DNA of 64,000 nucleotides from Bdellovibrionota bacterium (GTDB lineage Bacteria; Bdellovibrionota_C; UBA2361; JBGSMV01): NCBI GenBank assembly GCA_044356455.1, contig JBIKWF010000006.1, positions 1-64,000 of the forward strand, in the 5' to 3' direction. Both the position numbers and the translations under genes were made by a program. Each line of letters opens with the position of its first letter. Positions within the stretch are counted from its first letter, which is position 1. The notes under the pieces were generated by a model, which had not been told where the DNA came from, made no database searches, and saw only the letters and a list, made by a program, of their open reading frames with translations. Shown here in pieces: positions 9,271 to 19,620 of this stretch.

Positions 9271-10116
9271 GAATTCCTCCAGTAGAACGGCATTATATAA
9301 ATAATCGCCTCTTCCACCTAAGATTCGACACAATGCGGCAGAGACTATAGAGGAACTGAACCGAACCGGCGCGCTCAGAATCAAATAAGAAGGGGGAAAG
9401 TTAGGCTACCGCTGGTGAGCCAGGGGCCGCAAAGGCACCTCTCCTAGAATTTTACAACGCTTATGTGCTAGGATTTGTTATAAATTTACGTCCTCTGGTG
9501 GATTGCTTGGCTCAGAAAAGCGCTCTCCTCTGTAGGACCATTTTTAATGATTTACATTTTTACTGGGTCTGCGCGTAACCTTCTGCCTGAACTTTTTGGT
9601 CAGCCGCTTGGTTCCGCAAGACTTCTTTAGGCCACATCAGAAGCGACTGTTTCTGAGCTGGGCCGGACGTTTGATTTGTAAGGGATAGTGCATCGTGTCG
9701 ATGCCCACTAAAAACTTAAGAGCCTTAAAGGCACCATCTTCCCAAAGGGAGACGGTGAGTGAGAGCGCTCCTGCGTTTGAATCTTCTCATGGGTCCTCTT
9801 TAACGAGGAACCTGGGACGAATCGTGGGCGAAATTATCTGCCAAACTAGTAGCGGTACTCAGAATCACCTGGCTCGCACGCAAGATTCACGAGTGCTCAT
9901 AGTTAGCAGGGACGCGCGTTGCCTTACTTCCCTTACACGCAGCTCTCGCCCTGCGCGAGAACAAGCAGTTCCCTCTTTCGATGTCCCACCAAGGCATCCA
10001 AAGTCGCAACTCTTTAATCATTCGCGTCCGATACTGCCCATGAGCATGCGTTCACGCAGCATGCTGAGCTCAGCTTCACGCGCCTCTGAGTGGTCCAATC
10101 GTGGAGGAAAATCTCG

Positions 10117-11775
10117 ATGGATCGCCGCATGCTCATTAACGCCGTGCACTCTGAGGAGTGCCGGATTGCCATTGTCGAAGACAATGCTCTCGTAGAACTC
10201 GAAATCGAGTCAAACCTTGGGAAGAAGCTCAAGGGGAACATCTATAAAGCTAAAATTTCGCGCGTAGAGCCGAGTCTCCAAGCCGCCTTCATTGATATCG
10301 GCACCTCGCGTAACGGCTTTCTGCAGATTAACGATATCCATCCCTCATTCTTCAGGAATGCGCGGGGTGGACGTGGGGGCGCCTCTCAGGGCGGCCGACC
10401 TCGCATTCAAGAGGTCCTAGAGCCAGGGCAAGAGATTATCGTTCAAGTGGTAAAGGAAGAGCGTGAGATGAAGGGCGCAACCCTTACCACGTACCTTTCA
10501 CTTCCGGGACGCTATGTGGTGATTATGCCCGGCAGCGACCGCGGCGGAATTTCCCGCAAGATTAGCGATGGAGACCAGCGCAAGCGCCTTAAAAGTCTGG
10601 CGCAAGAACTCGAGATGCCCCTCGGGATTGGCATGATCGTAAGAACTGCCGGACTCGATCGGTCCCTCAGCGAGCTCTCACGCGATGTCTCCCTGCAGCT
10701 CAAAGTGTGGGAGCGCATTGTGAACGATGCTCAGAAGGCGCGCACTCCCACCTGCCTCTACGAAGAGAGTGACTTAGCAACCCGCGTCATTCGCGATTAC
10801 TTCACGCCTGAAGTGCGTGAAATTCTCATCGACGATCCAGACACGTTTGAGCGAGTGAAAGAGTTCGTGGGCCAAGTAATGCCGCGCTACCGCTCCCGCG
10901 TGAAGCTTTACAACGACGAACGCCCCCTGCTCTCCTACTTCAATGTCGAAGACCAAGTCACCGACACGATGAAGCGTGAGGTTAAGCTTAAATCTGGCGG
11001 CGCAATTGTCATTGATACCATTGAGGCCCTCGTCGCGGTCGATGTGAACTCCGGTAAAGCCACTGGCGCCGAGAACATTGAAGAAACCGCCTACCGCACC
11101 AACATGGAAGCCGCGGATGAAATTGCGCGGCAACTTCGCCTCCGCGACCTTGGTGGTCTGATTGTAGTCGACTTTATCGATATGATGGACCGGCGTCACA
11201 AGGCCGCCATCGAGCGCAAAATTCGCGAGGCGGTCAAGAACGACAAAGCTCGTATTGAGATTGGTCGTCTCTCTCGTTTTGGCTTGCTTGAAATGTCACG
11301 CCAAAGGCTAAGAGCCTCACTCAGCAGCCAAAGCCATCTTAAGTGCTCACACTGCCAAGGGATTGGACACGTTCGAAACCCTGAGCTTGTCGCGCTTGAG
11401 ATTCTAAGAAAAATCCAATCTGCAGTTTCCGCGGGACACCTCGCGCTGGTAAAGGCGCGCATGGCACCCGTGGCTGCGATGTTCATTCTCAATAATAAAA
11501 AGACTGAGCTGGTGAAGCTTGAACAAGCGCACCAAATGCGAATCTATATACTCGCCGACGGACGCATGAGCCCTGACGAATACGAGTTCGAGATAGAGGC
11601 TGCCGCAAAATCGGCGGAGATAACGCACGAAGCGCCGCCACCACCACTCCCCGCGGATGAGGACGGAGGCTCTTCCGAAGAGTCAGAAACTCCTGTGGCG
11701 GCGAGCGCCCCGAGCAGCGGGACTGCAGAGGCGGCGCCGCGCTCAACGCAAAGCTCTGAGCCTCAAGACTCGTAA
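10117..11775 (+). CDS. rne: Ribonuclease E/G
   Basis: GNIYKAKI.RVEPSLQAAF, DVNSG, IARQLRLRDLGGLIVVDFIDM, CxxC zinc link; ATG at 10117 follows GGAGG. Confidence 0.95.
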   Translation: MDRRMLINAVHSEECRIAIVEDNALVELEIESNLGKKLKGNIYKAKISRVEPSLQAAFIDIGTSRNGFLQINDIHPSFFRNARGGRGGASQGGRPRIQEVLEPGQEIIVQVVKEEREMKGATLTTYLSLPGRYVVIMPGSDRGGISRKISDGDQRKRLKSLAQELEMPLGIGMIVRTAGLDRSLSELSRDVSLQLKVWERIVNDAQKARTPTCLYEESDLATRVIRDYFTPEVREILIDDPDTFERVKEFVGQVMPRYRSRVKLYNDERPLLSYFNVEDQVTDTMKREVKLKSGGAIVIDTIEALVAVDVNSGKATGAENIEETAYRTNMEAADEIARQLRLRDLGGLIVVDFIDMMDRRHKAAIERKIREAVKNDKARIEIGRLSRFGLLEMSRQRLRASLSSQSHLKCSHCQGIGHVRNPELVALEILRKIQSAVSAGHLALVKARMAPVAAMFILNNKKTELVKLEQAHQMRIYILADGRMSPDEYEFEIEAAAKSAEITHEAPPPPLPADEDGGSSEESETPVAASAPSSGTAEAAPRSTQSSEPQDS

Positions 11776-11806
11776 TCGGTTATTGCAGGAAATCTTTAGG
11801 CAGAAT

Positions 11807-12406
11807 TTAGAGAGAAGAGCGCTGCGTCGTAGGCCGACTTGCGCGATTGCCTTGCTCGGCAGCAATCCGGGCAAAGCGCTCTCCAATCTCAGCGATCAAA
11901 GCATCGCTCAGCGGTGCTGCAATCAGCACCTGAAGGCGAATTCGACCAAACGGACCGAGCTTATCCACCTCTCCACGAGAAGTGCCCATCACGAGCGCAT
12001 CCTTTTGTTCATCGGAAAGGGCCGCGGTGAAAGCCGCAGAGCGCCTCCCGGCAATGGGGAGTATGCAGGGCCAGACTCGTTCTTTCGTAGAGCCCTCCAG
12101 GCACAGCGGCGCCCCCTCCCGCATCGGGAGCAGCTTGTCTGCGAATCGAAAATCAGCGTGAAGAGTTGCGATTTCAGCATCCATACGTGTGGCAAGTGAC
12201 TCTAGAACTGGAATCACCGAGGCGCGCCACCATCCTGCTCGCGAGGCATCAGAGCCATCACTGGTGCGGGGATAAACATCTCCCGCTGCTATGGAACACC
12301 ACTCCCCTTTCGCGGTGTAACTCACATGTGAACTCACAAACCCCTCCCTCGGCGCCACGAATATAGAAAGAAGAGCCAGCGTAGTAAGAAAGATTCGATT
12401 CCGCAC
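11807..12406 (-). CDS. Hypothetical exported protein
   Basis: GTG at 12406 follows AGAGGGA; hydrophobic N-terminus. The longer ORF-track start runs through MITE copy 2. Confidence 0.55.
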   Translation of the reverse strand: MRNRIFLTTLALLSIFVAPREGFVSSHVSYTAKGEWCSIAAGDVYPRTSDGSDASRAGWWRASVIPVLESLATRMDAEIATLHADFRFADKLLPMREGAPLCLEGSTKERVWPCILPIAGRRSAAFTAALSDEQKDALVMGTSRGEVDKLGPFGRIRLQVLIAAPLSDALIAEIGERFARIAAEQGNRASRPTTQRSSL

Positions 12407-12460
12407 ACTCCCTCTATACTTCTGCCTTGCCGGTGGAAAAAAGCAGCGATCCCCAACTAG

Positions 12461-12590
12461 GGAACCTCTGAAAAACTCACCTCTGTGTACCTCTGAGCCC
12501 TCTGTGGTAGAATTTTCATGAAGAAATTCACCACAGAGGACACGGAGGTACACAGAGGTGTCTTCAGAATGAAGGTTTTTCAGAGGTGCC
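12461..12590. mobile_element. Palindromic MITE, copy 2
   Basis: GGAACCTCTGAAAAAC ... GTTTTTCAGAGGTGCC terminal inverted repeats, 130 bp. Confidence 0.85.
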
Positions 12591-12594
12591 TTCC

Positions 12595-13671
12595 CTAGCC
12601 GGCAATGCAGAGAACTCGCATCTCTTTGAGGCTCTCGAGAATTTTCCCCACCCCTCGCACCACGCAGCTTAAAGGATCGTGAGCGCGGTGAAACCGGATA
12701 TGAGTCTCTTGCTCAAGGCGCTGGGCCAGCCCTTTAAGAAGCGAGCCGCCTCCTGCCAAGTAAATCCCACGTGCGGCAATATCATGCGCCACTTCGGGTC
12801 CCGTCTGCTCGAGTGCGGTATGAACAGAGGCGATAATTGCAGAGATAGGCTCTTCAAGCGCTTCGCGTACGAAATGATCGTTTATCTCCAAACTCTTGGG
12901 TCGCCCGGTCTGAAGATCTCGACCAAACACCGTCGCGGAGCGTGCCTGCCCGAAAGGAGCTGCAGATCCGATAAGGAGCTTCACCCTCTCAGCTTCAAAA
13001 ATCCCAACTTGGAGCCCCAGAGATCGCTGAAGATGGCGCTGAATAGCTTCGTCCATCTCATCCCCTGCCACTCGTATCGAGTGTGAATAGAGCGTAGAAT
13101 TCATGCTAATCACCGCCACGTCGGTGGTGCCGCCGCCGATATCGACAACCATGTTGCCGAAAGGCTTATCAACCGGAAGATCAAGGCCAAGGGCTGCCGC
13201 CATCGGCTCCTCCACGAGATGCACTTCGCCGCATCCCGAGGCAAGGGCCGCATCAATTACGGCGCGCTTTTCAACCTGGGTAATCTCGGGCGGTACTCCT
13301 ATTACGATGCGAGGTCTTCTGATTGACCAGCCATGTTGCACCTGTGCAAGCATGTGCTTGATCATAAGCGTGGTGATTGCAAAATCGGCAATTACCCCGT
13401 CCTTCATGGGACGTACGCAACGAACTGCCTGAGAAGTTTTCCCAAACATACGCTTCGCATCAACACCCACGGCCAGCGGCTTACCAGAATGCTCTTCGAT
13501 AGCGACCATGGAGGGCTCATTCACCACCACCCCATAACCACGCAGATAAATGAGCGTATTTGCTGTCCCAAGATCCATGGCGAGATCGCTCGCGGACCAG
13601 AGCGAACGAATGCGCTGCAATATGCCTGCATCTTGCAGACCTGCAGGAAGACTAAGCCCTACGGTAGCCAT
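12595..13671 (-). CDS. mreB: MreB-family actin homologue (orphan paralogue, no mreC/mreD nearby)
   Basis: DLGTANT, RPMKDGVIADF, EEPMAAALG, VDIGGGTTD, LAGGGSLL. Confidence 0.92.
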   Translation of the reverse strand: MATVGLSLPAGLQDAGILQRIRSLWSASDLAMDLGTANTLIYLRGYGVVVNEPSMVAIEEHSGKPLAVGVDAKRMFGKTSQAVRCVRPMKDGVIADFAITTLMIKHMLAQVQHGWSIRRPRIVIGVPPEITQVEKRAVIDAALASGCGEVHLVEEPMAAALGLDLPVDKPFGNMVVDIGGGTTDVAVISMNSTLYSHSIRVAGDEMDEAIQRHLQRSLGLQVGIFEAERVKLLIGSAAPFGQARSATVFGRDLQTGRPKSLEINDHFVREALEEPISAIIASVHTALEQTGPEVAHDIAARGIYLAGGGSLLKGLAQRLEQETHIRFHRAHDPLSCVVRGVGKILESLKEMRVLCIAG

Positions 13672-15229
13672 ATCCTACTTCCCTTTCGAGGCGTAGAACC
13701 GCAGACGATGTGTTCGCCCCTGCCCCCGCCTGAGAACTTGTACCCACCGCTCCGCCCATAGATCCTGCGGCAGATCCCGCTGAAGATCCTCTCGCCTGCG
13801 CTAGCGAACTCCTAAGCTCAGCGGGTTCCATGCTCGTGAGCTGCACCAGCTCTTCAACCGTCGCAGTCTTACGGCGCTTATCACGCCCCCCCGCTTTTAC
13901 AAACTCAAACTGCAGCGCTTCGACACTCGCGGAACCGGAACGCGAAAGATGATGCGCAGAAACCGCTCGAATTCGGCTCTCATAGAAAGAAATCATCATA
14001 TTATCGAGCGCAATGACGATATCGCCGTTGGCAAGTCGCACACAGGGAAAGTGCGGAGGTAAAATCTGCTGCACGATTCGATACACCTGCTCAACGGCAG
14101 TTAAGGCCGCGCTCGTACCCGAAGTTCTCTCGAGCTCATGAAAATTCGTGGGCACAATCCGCGTTATCTCGAGCGATTGAATGCCCACTGAGCGAGAAAG
14201 CTCAGAGGCTCGCCTGAGGAAAGAATGCCATGCCACATCAGGGTGAGCCCGCCCCTGCTGCTCAACCAGTAGTCCCACGGTACTACTTACCTCACGCGCA
14301 AGGTCCTCCAGGAGCTTTCCCTGCAGCTTAGAAAAGGCAAATGACTTCTTACTATCGCAGGCAAGCACTCCCGTGAGGTGCTCCTGCTCGGCGCCCGAGG
14401 AGGCCAACATGCCGTAGGTATCATCGAGACGGATGGGGATACCTATGAAGCTCTTGAGTTGCTGATCGGAGGAGTAAATGCCTAACGTGCGGCTATCGAG
14501 TTCAAAGGGTGAGACGTGAATAGACCGCGCGTGTTTCGCTACCCAACCCACAAGACCATTGCCGCGAGACACCTGGCTGTGAGGAATGACTTCCGGACAT
14601 AGGGAGTGGAAACCCGCCAGGACCATAGTATCCGGTACGCCCTCTGGACCCACGAGGCTTGGATCGAGAGCTGCAATTACGCTGGCGTGAAAAAAAACAA
14701 AGCAGCTATGGGCATCAGCGAGATTCGCCCCGAAGCGCGCCAGTCGACAAAGATCGGCGTAGCCACGCTGAGAAGGAGTACCTGAAAGGGGATTGGTAGA
14801 GGACGCAGCTTGAAAATGAGGCGCTGAAAAAGCTGCGCGGTTTTCAAAAAGTGCAGAGTCTTTGCTTGGAGCAGCGTCTTCTCTTGGAGCAGCATCTTCT
14901 CTTGGAGCAAAGCCAGGACTTCGAGATGCAGGGCCACTCGCGCGCGCAGCAGCGGAACTTGCCGCGGGAGCTTCGAGGCGAGATTTCAACTCTTGCTTGG
15001 CATTCGAAGCGTGGGGAGAAGCAGCGCTGCGGGTGTTCCCGCCAAAGGCCCCCACTCCCGTGGTAACAGAGGTGCGAGAAACAGGACTGCCTATGGGGGT
15101 GCTCCGCGGTGAATTACCCGCTTCCGCCAAGAGGCGCTCTCTCGCAGCAGCATCTTTGCTCATGAAATTCTCTTTGTCGTCGCCCTTAGAGGGTCCCTCG
15201 AGAGGCGCTACGACTTTATTGAAACCCAA
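13652..15229 (-). CDS. GAF domain protein with degenerate GGDEF-like C-terminal domain
   Basis: GNGLVGWVAK...KSFIGIPI...GVLACDSK (GAF); RLANGDIVIAL where GGDEF is expected; overlaps the mreB start; disordered N-terminus. Confidence 0.75.
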   Translation of the reverse strand: MGFNKVVAPLEGPSKGDDKENFMSKDAAARERLLAEAGNSPRSTPIGSPVSRTSVTTGVGAFGGNTRSAASPHASNAKQELKSRLEAPAASSAAARASGPASRSPGFAPREDAAPREDAAPSKDSALFENRAAFSAPHFQAASSTNPLSGTPSQRGYADLCRLARFGANLADAHSCFVFFHASVIAALDPSLVGPEGVPDTMVLAGFHSLCPEVIPHSQVSRGNGLVGWVAKHARSIHVSPFELDSRTLGIYSSDQQLKSFIGIPIRLDDTYGMLASSGAEQEHLTGVLACDSKKSFAFSKLQGKLLEDLAREVSSTVGLLVEQQGRAHPDVAWHSFLRRASELSRSVGIQSLEITRIVPTNFHELERTSGTSAALTAVEQVYRIVQQILPPHFPCVRLANGDIVIALDNMMISFYESRIRAVSAHHLSRSGSASVEALQFEFVKAGGRDKRRKTATVEELVQLTSMEPAELRSSLAQARGSSAGSAAGSMGGAVGTSSQAGAGANTSSAVLRLEREVGYGYRRA

Positions 15230-15441
15230 TAAAACAGGTGCTCAATAAAAAACGTAACAGAGTGAAGGACTTCCGACAATGTGCTTTCTTTTAATCCGCT
15301 CTCGCGGAGAGATAGGAACCCGAGAGGAACTAGTCCTTCACGCGCGGGAGGGGGACGCGGAAATCCAGACCTATGGCTTGGGCGATCCTGACGTCACTGC
15401 ATTGAGGCAAGGCTAGAAACTTGCGCGCAAATAAACTCCGA

Positions 15442-15801
15442 TTACCGGCTACGCACTGGCGCAAAGCTGCAGGAAACGCAAAACCCTTCTTCATGCATGC
15501 GGCCAAGGCGCTTAAGACCAAGCTCATAGGTCTCACTCACACCAAGCTGCTGGAACACCTCAAGCATGAGGTTTTCAACGACAGGCCGAGTGACCGCATC
15601 AAGGGAGGTCGAAATATCGAACTGGTCGATGCGAGCAAGGTTGTCTCCTTCTCGGACAAAGATAGTAATCCCAAGGGGAGAGCCGCGGTGCAAGGCACGA
15701 CGCAGTTTTACACGCCGAGAAGAGTTTGCGCCTGTGGCAAACTCAAAGCCCTGAGGCATGGAATGAGAACCACTATTATTGGCAAGACGAACTGCTGACA
15801 T
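15442..15801 (-). CDS. Hypothetical protein
   Basis: ATG preceded by a G-rich RBS-like stretch; 119 aa, same strand as both neighbours. Confidence 0.5.
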   Translation of the reverse strand: MSAVRLANNSGSHSMPQGFEFATGANSSRRVKLRRALHRGSPLGITIFVREGDNLARIDQFDISTSLDAVTRPVVENLMLEVFQQLGVSETYELGLKRLGRMHEEGFCVSCSFAPVRSR

Positions 15802-15910
15802 ACCACCCCCCGGAGGAAATCGCTCAAAAACGTAAGATCAAGGGTTGTTATGAAACGCCGCGGGGTTCGTGTGTGCCCTAGCTAGGGAAGCTAGAATACT
15901 TGTTCCTAGG

Positions 15911-17506
15911 TTAGGCATTCCGATTAGCGGGTGAATGATGCATAAAATTCAGTGCCTTAAGTCTATTTTGGCAAATACCCCTCGCCCTAAGGCCGACAAG
16001 AATCGCGACCAATCCAAGTATCAGGGCCCCCTCCCAAGGACCGCATTCGACATACACCCCAGGGAGGCGCGCGCACTGCACCACCAGTTCACGAAGAAGA
16101 GTGAGCGCGTGCGCTACGACATCTAGGAGGAAGCCCGGCCGATCCAGGCCCCCTGCGCTAAGAACAAGCGCACCCCCACCGACTAGTGTACCTGAGACAC
16201 TGAGCACAGGAGCAAGCGCAGGATTAAGCAAAAGCCCCCCAAGGGAGACAGCTCCGAACCAAACTGCCGCGAGCGCGAGGGGAATGAGAGTTGCCCAGAA
16301 AGACACACTCAAGAACGTTTCCACCTTCCCCTTGCCTCCTTCCGCCCCTAACGCAATGCCCGCAAGAGCCCCATACGTGAGCTGCACTCCCGGCTCAAAG
16401 AGGGCACCGGGATAAAGCAGCAGAAGAATACAAAGTGAACCAAGAATAGACGTCCAAAGAGAACTCGATCGTTCAGAAAGCCTCCCGGCTACCACAAGAA
16501 CCATCGCAATCGCTGCGCGCAAACTTGAACTATCAAAACCTACCAGCGCGACAAAAGCCGTGGTGAAAAGAAAAGATGCAAGAGCTGGCAGACGCACCCA
16601 CCAAGCACCACGAAGGCCACTCAAACGCAGCACTACTCGCATCGCCCCAAAGAGGAGCGCATAGACTAGTGATACCTGATACCCCGACAGCACAAGGAGA
16701 TGCGACAACCCAGCCGCTCGAAACCCCGCTTCGGTTCGAAGGCTTAAAGAATCATGCTCACCAAGAGTAAGCGCGAGCACGAGCCCAGCTCTTTCGTGAT
16801 TTCCAAGCACCGCAATGGCCTGATCCTTTATTCTTTCGCGCACGCGCTCAAAAAATCCAGGAACTCCGCGCGCAAGCCGCGCAGCGTAACGCACGCGGCA
16901 CTCACCCGAAACTCCATGCCGGAGCAAAGTAGCCTCGTAACTAAACGGGTTCGAATTCCATGACACTGGCTGCACATGGGCGAGAAAAACAAAGGTGTCT
17001 CCACGCACCATGCCATCTACTTCGCGCCAGGGAAGGTCCACGGCGCGGCACCGAAGGATTCGGGACCGAAGAAGAGACTCACCCTCGGAAAATTCGCGCA
17101 GTACCTGAACCTCGAACTGGACACCACCTGGAACTCGGCGACGGGGGCCCTCCACGATCTCCCCAGCAAAACGCCTTTCACCTGGGACCAAGGGCTCAGA
17201 TAAACCGGCCACAAGAAGTCCTAAACTGAGACACCCAGCAGCGACGCCAAGAACAAACGGAGCGCCCAGTGCTGACCGAGACCACCTACTGAAGAAGCAA
17301 ATCACTACGGCAAGTCCCACATAAGCAAATCCGAGCCAAGCCAGCATCTGCCCTACTACTAGTCCCAAAGTGACGGGGACAAGGGGGCAAGACGCACGTA
17401 CCCGAGCGAACGCGCGCCTCGAAACTGACGTTCGAATTCCAGCAAGAAAAGAAAAATGAATCATGCGAGATTGCACCATGCGATACGAGAGAAACGCCCC
17501 CCACAC
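15911..17506 (-). CDS. comEC: ComEC/Rec2 competence membrane protein (no metallo-beta-lactamase domain)
   Basis: AGLSHLLVLSG, S..RA, PG.QLTY; multiple transmembrane helices; start uncertain. Confidence 0.85.
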   Translation of the reverse strand: MWGAFLSYRMVQSRMIHFSFLAGIRTSVSRRAFARVRASCPLVPVTLGLVVGQMLAWLGFAYVGLAVVICFFSRWSRSALGAPFVLGVAAGCLSLGLLVAGLSEPLVPGERRFAGEIVEGPRRRVPGGVQFEVQVLREFSEGESLLRSRILRCRAVDLPWREVDGMVRGDTFVFLAHVQPVSWNSNPFSYEATLLRHGVSGECRVRYAARLARGVPGFFERVRERIKDQAIAVLGNHERAGLVLALTLGEHDSLSLRTEAGFRAAGLSHLLVLSGYQVSLVYALLFGAMRVVLRLSGLRGAWWVRLPALASFLFTTAFVALVGFDSSSLRAAIAMVLVVAGRLSERSSSLWTSILGSLCILLLLYPGALFEPGVQLTYGALAGIALGAEGGKGKVETFLSVSFWATLIPLALAAVWFGAVSLGGLLLNPALAPVLSVSGTLVGGGALVLSAGGLDRPGFLLDVVAHALTLLRELVVQCARLPGVYVECGPWEGALILGLVAILVGLRARGICQNRLKALNFMHHSPANRNA

Positions 17507-17898
17507 TATCGAGGCTGATGCAGGAATGTTTCGTCTTAGGGCAAATCTTATTTCGCTAGCAATTTCGGCAGCTTAAGCCGAGAGCCTCGGTGATTCGCTT
17601 ATGCGCAAGAGTGTTCTCCCGATGAAATCGCTGTGCTAGGATCCAGCGGTAAGACTCTTCAGAGAGCTCCTACATTATTTCCCAGAGCGGCAGCACCGCT
17701 TTGGGCCCCCCACTGCGATAGCGTTCTAAACAGATTGGGGGGTGGTGTGTTGCTGGAGGCATAGGAGCCGACAGCAATCGGAACGTAACATTGAATAAAC
17801 GCGAAAGGGCTTTCCCAACTCACGCCTCGAATAACACCGAACATCGGTAAAAAGAGACCGGAGGGAAGGACAACTTTTCACGCACAAGGAGACCCAGC

Positions 17899-19236
17899 AT
17901 GGGCCAGGCCGCAAAAAAGGTTGAAACATCTTCTATGACGAGCAAATTTACCGACTACAAAGTAAAAGACATCGGTCTTGCTGAATGGGGCCGTAAGGAA
18001 ATCACCATCGCCGAGAAGGAAATGCCAGGACTTATGGCTCTCCGCGAAGAATACGGCGCCTCGAGGCCTCTAAAGGGCGCGCGCATCGCCGGGTGTCTCC
18101 ACATGACCACGCAAACCGCGGTCCTTATCGAGACGCTCATCGTTCTCGGCGCTGAGGTTCGTTGGTCAAGCTGCAATATTTACTCGACTCAGGACGAAGC
18201 AGCGGCTGCCATCGCGGCTGCCGGAATTCCCGTATTTGCGTGGAAGGGTGAGACTCTTGAAGAGTACGATTGGTGTATCGAGCAGACCCTGAAATTCGGC
18301 GACAAGAATCTCAATATGATTCTTGATGACGGCGGCGACCTCACGATGCTGATCCATAACAAGTATCCTGAAATGCTTAAGGACTGCTTCGGAATTTCCG
18401 AGGAAACCACCACCGGGGTGCACCGCCTGTATCAAATGATGGCAGAAGGAAAGCTCAAGCTCCCTGCTTTCAATGTGAACGACTCCGTCACCAAGTCAAA
18501 GTTCGACAACCTCTACGGCTGCCGCGAATCTCTCGCAGACGGCCTCAAGCGCGCCACAGGCGTCATGCTTGCTGGTAAGGTAGTCGTCGTTGCTGGTTAC
18601 GGCGACGTAGGTAAGGGCTGCGCTCATTCGATGTCGAGCTACGGTGCTCGAGTACTCATCACCGAGATTGACCCTATCTGCGCGCTTCAGGCATCGATGG
18701 AAGGCTACCAAGTGGTGACCATGGAGCAGGCTGCTCCTATTGCTGACATCTTCGTTACCGCTACTGGCAACGTCGACATCATCAACGAGAAGCACTTCAC
18801 GGCGATGAAGGACCAGGCAATTCTTTGCAATATCGGACACTTCGATAATGAGATCGACATCTCGTGGCTCGAGAAGAACTGCAAGGAAGAGTTCAATATC
18901 AAGCCTCAGGTCGATAAGTTTGTGATGAAGTCAGGTCGTGAGCTCATCGTCCTGGCACGTGGTCGATTGGTCAACCTTGGCTGCGCGAGTGGTCATCCGA
19001 GCTTCGTCATGTCGAGCTCTTTCACCAACCAAACCTTGGCTCAAATTGAGCTCTTCACCAAGAAGGGTCAGTACAAGGTGGGAGTCCACACCTTGCCTAA
19101 GGTCCTGGATGAAAAGGTGGCTCGTTTGCACCTTGGAAAGCTTGGCGTAAATCTTACTGAGCTCAGCAAGAAGCAGGCTGACTACCTTGGTATCAAGGTT
19201 GAAGGTCCCTTCAAGCCCGAGCACTATCGTTACTAG
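17899..19236 (+). CDS. ahcY: S-adenosylhomocysteine hydrolase
   Basis: [48 protein letters not shown], ends in HYRY. Confidence 0.98.
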   Translation: MGQAAKKVETSSMTSKFTDYKVKDIGLAEWGRKEITIAEKEMPGLMALREEYGASRPLKGARIAGCLHMTTQTAVLIETLIVLGAEVRWSSCNIYSTQDEAAAAIAAAGIPVFAWKGETLEEYDWCIEQTLKFGDKNLNMILDDGGDLTMLIHNKYPEMLKDCFGISEETTTGVHRLYQMMAEGKLKLPAFNVNDSVTKSKFDNLYGCRESLADGLKRATGVMLAGKVVVVAGYGDVGKGCAHSMSSYGARVLITEIDPICALQASMEGYQVVTMEQAAPIADIFVTATGNVDIINEKHFTAMKDQAILCNIGHFDNEIDISWLEKNCKEEFNIKPQVDKFVMKSGRELIVLARGRLVNLGCASGHPSFVMSSSFTNQTLAQIELFTKKGQYKVGVHTLPKVLDEKVARLHLGKLGVNLTELSKKQADYLGIKVEGPFKPEHYRY

Positions 19237-19309
19237 TGCTATCGCTCCCGGCACCTTCGGATCGCTCGCATGGTAGCGATAGAAGAAGCGGAGAGCATGG
19301 TAAAAAAGA

Positions 19310-19345
19310 GGCGGAGTCAGGTGAAAACCTGGCTCCGCTTTTTTT
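19310..19345 (+). terminator. Rho-independent terminator after ahcY
   Basis: GGCGGAGTCAGGT-GAAA-ACCTGGCTCCGCT followed by a T-run. Confidence 0.85.
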
Positions 19346-19620
19346 ACTGGGGCTCGTGTTCATAAGACCGCGAGATGCGCCATAGCCAAAGCTAGGAGTG
19401 TGTCCCGTGGAAACAAAAATCTTCGGTATGGACAAAATCCGTAGATGAGCTGCCCCTGCCACCTCAACTTGTAGCGGCAAGAATTTTAGCCGGAACAGAC
19501 TCTAAGCGAAGCCGTCTCGGTTCATTCTGAAACTGCATTCGAAAAATAATCGCTCCGTAAGTGACAGGTTCTGTGATATTGAATTAACAAGTGATCGAGT
19601 TGGGTAGATGGGAATGGCGC

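Noticed and set aside
11807..12553. ORF-track N-terminal extensions reading like TTEGSEVHRG (also 41540-41743 and 45619-47388)
   Set aside because: They are translations through MITE copies; better starts with RBS-like sequences lie downstream
17655..17860. 6S RNA or canonical SAH riboswitch
   Set aside because: No end-to-end rod with a central bubble, and the SAH consensus segments are missing
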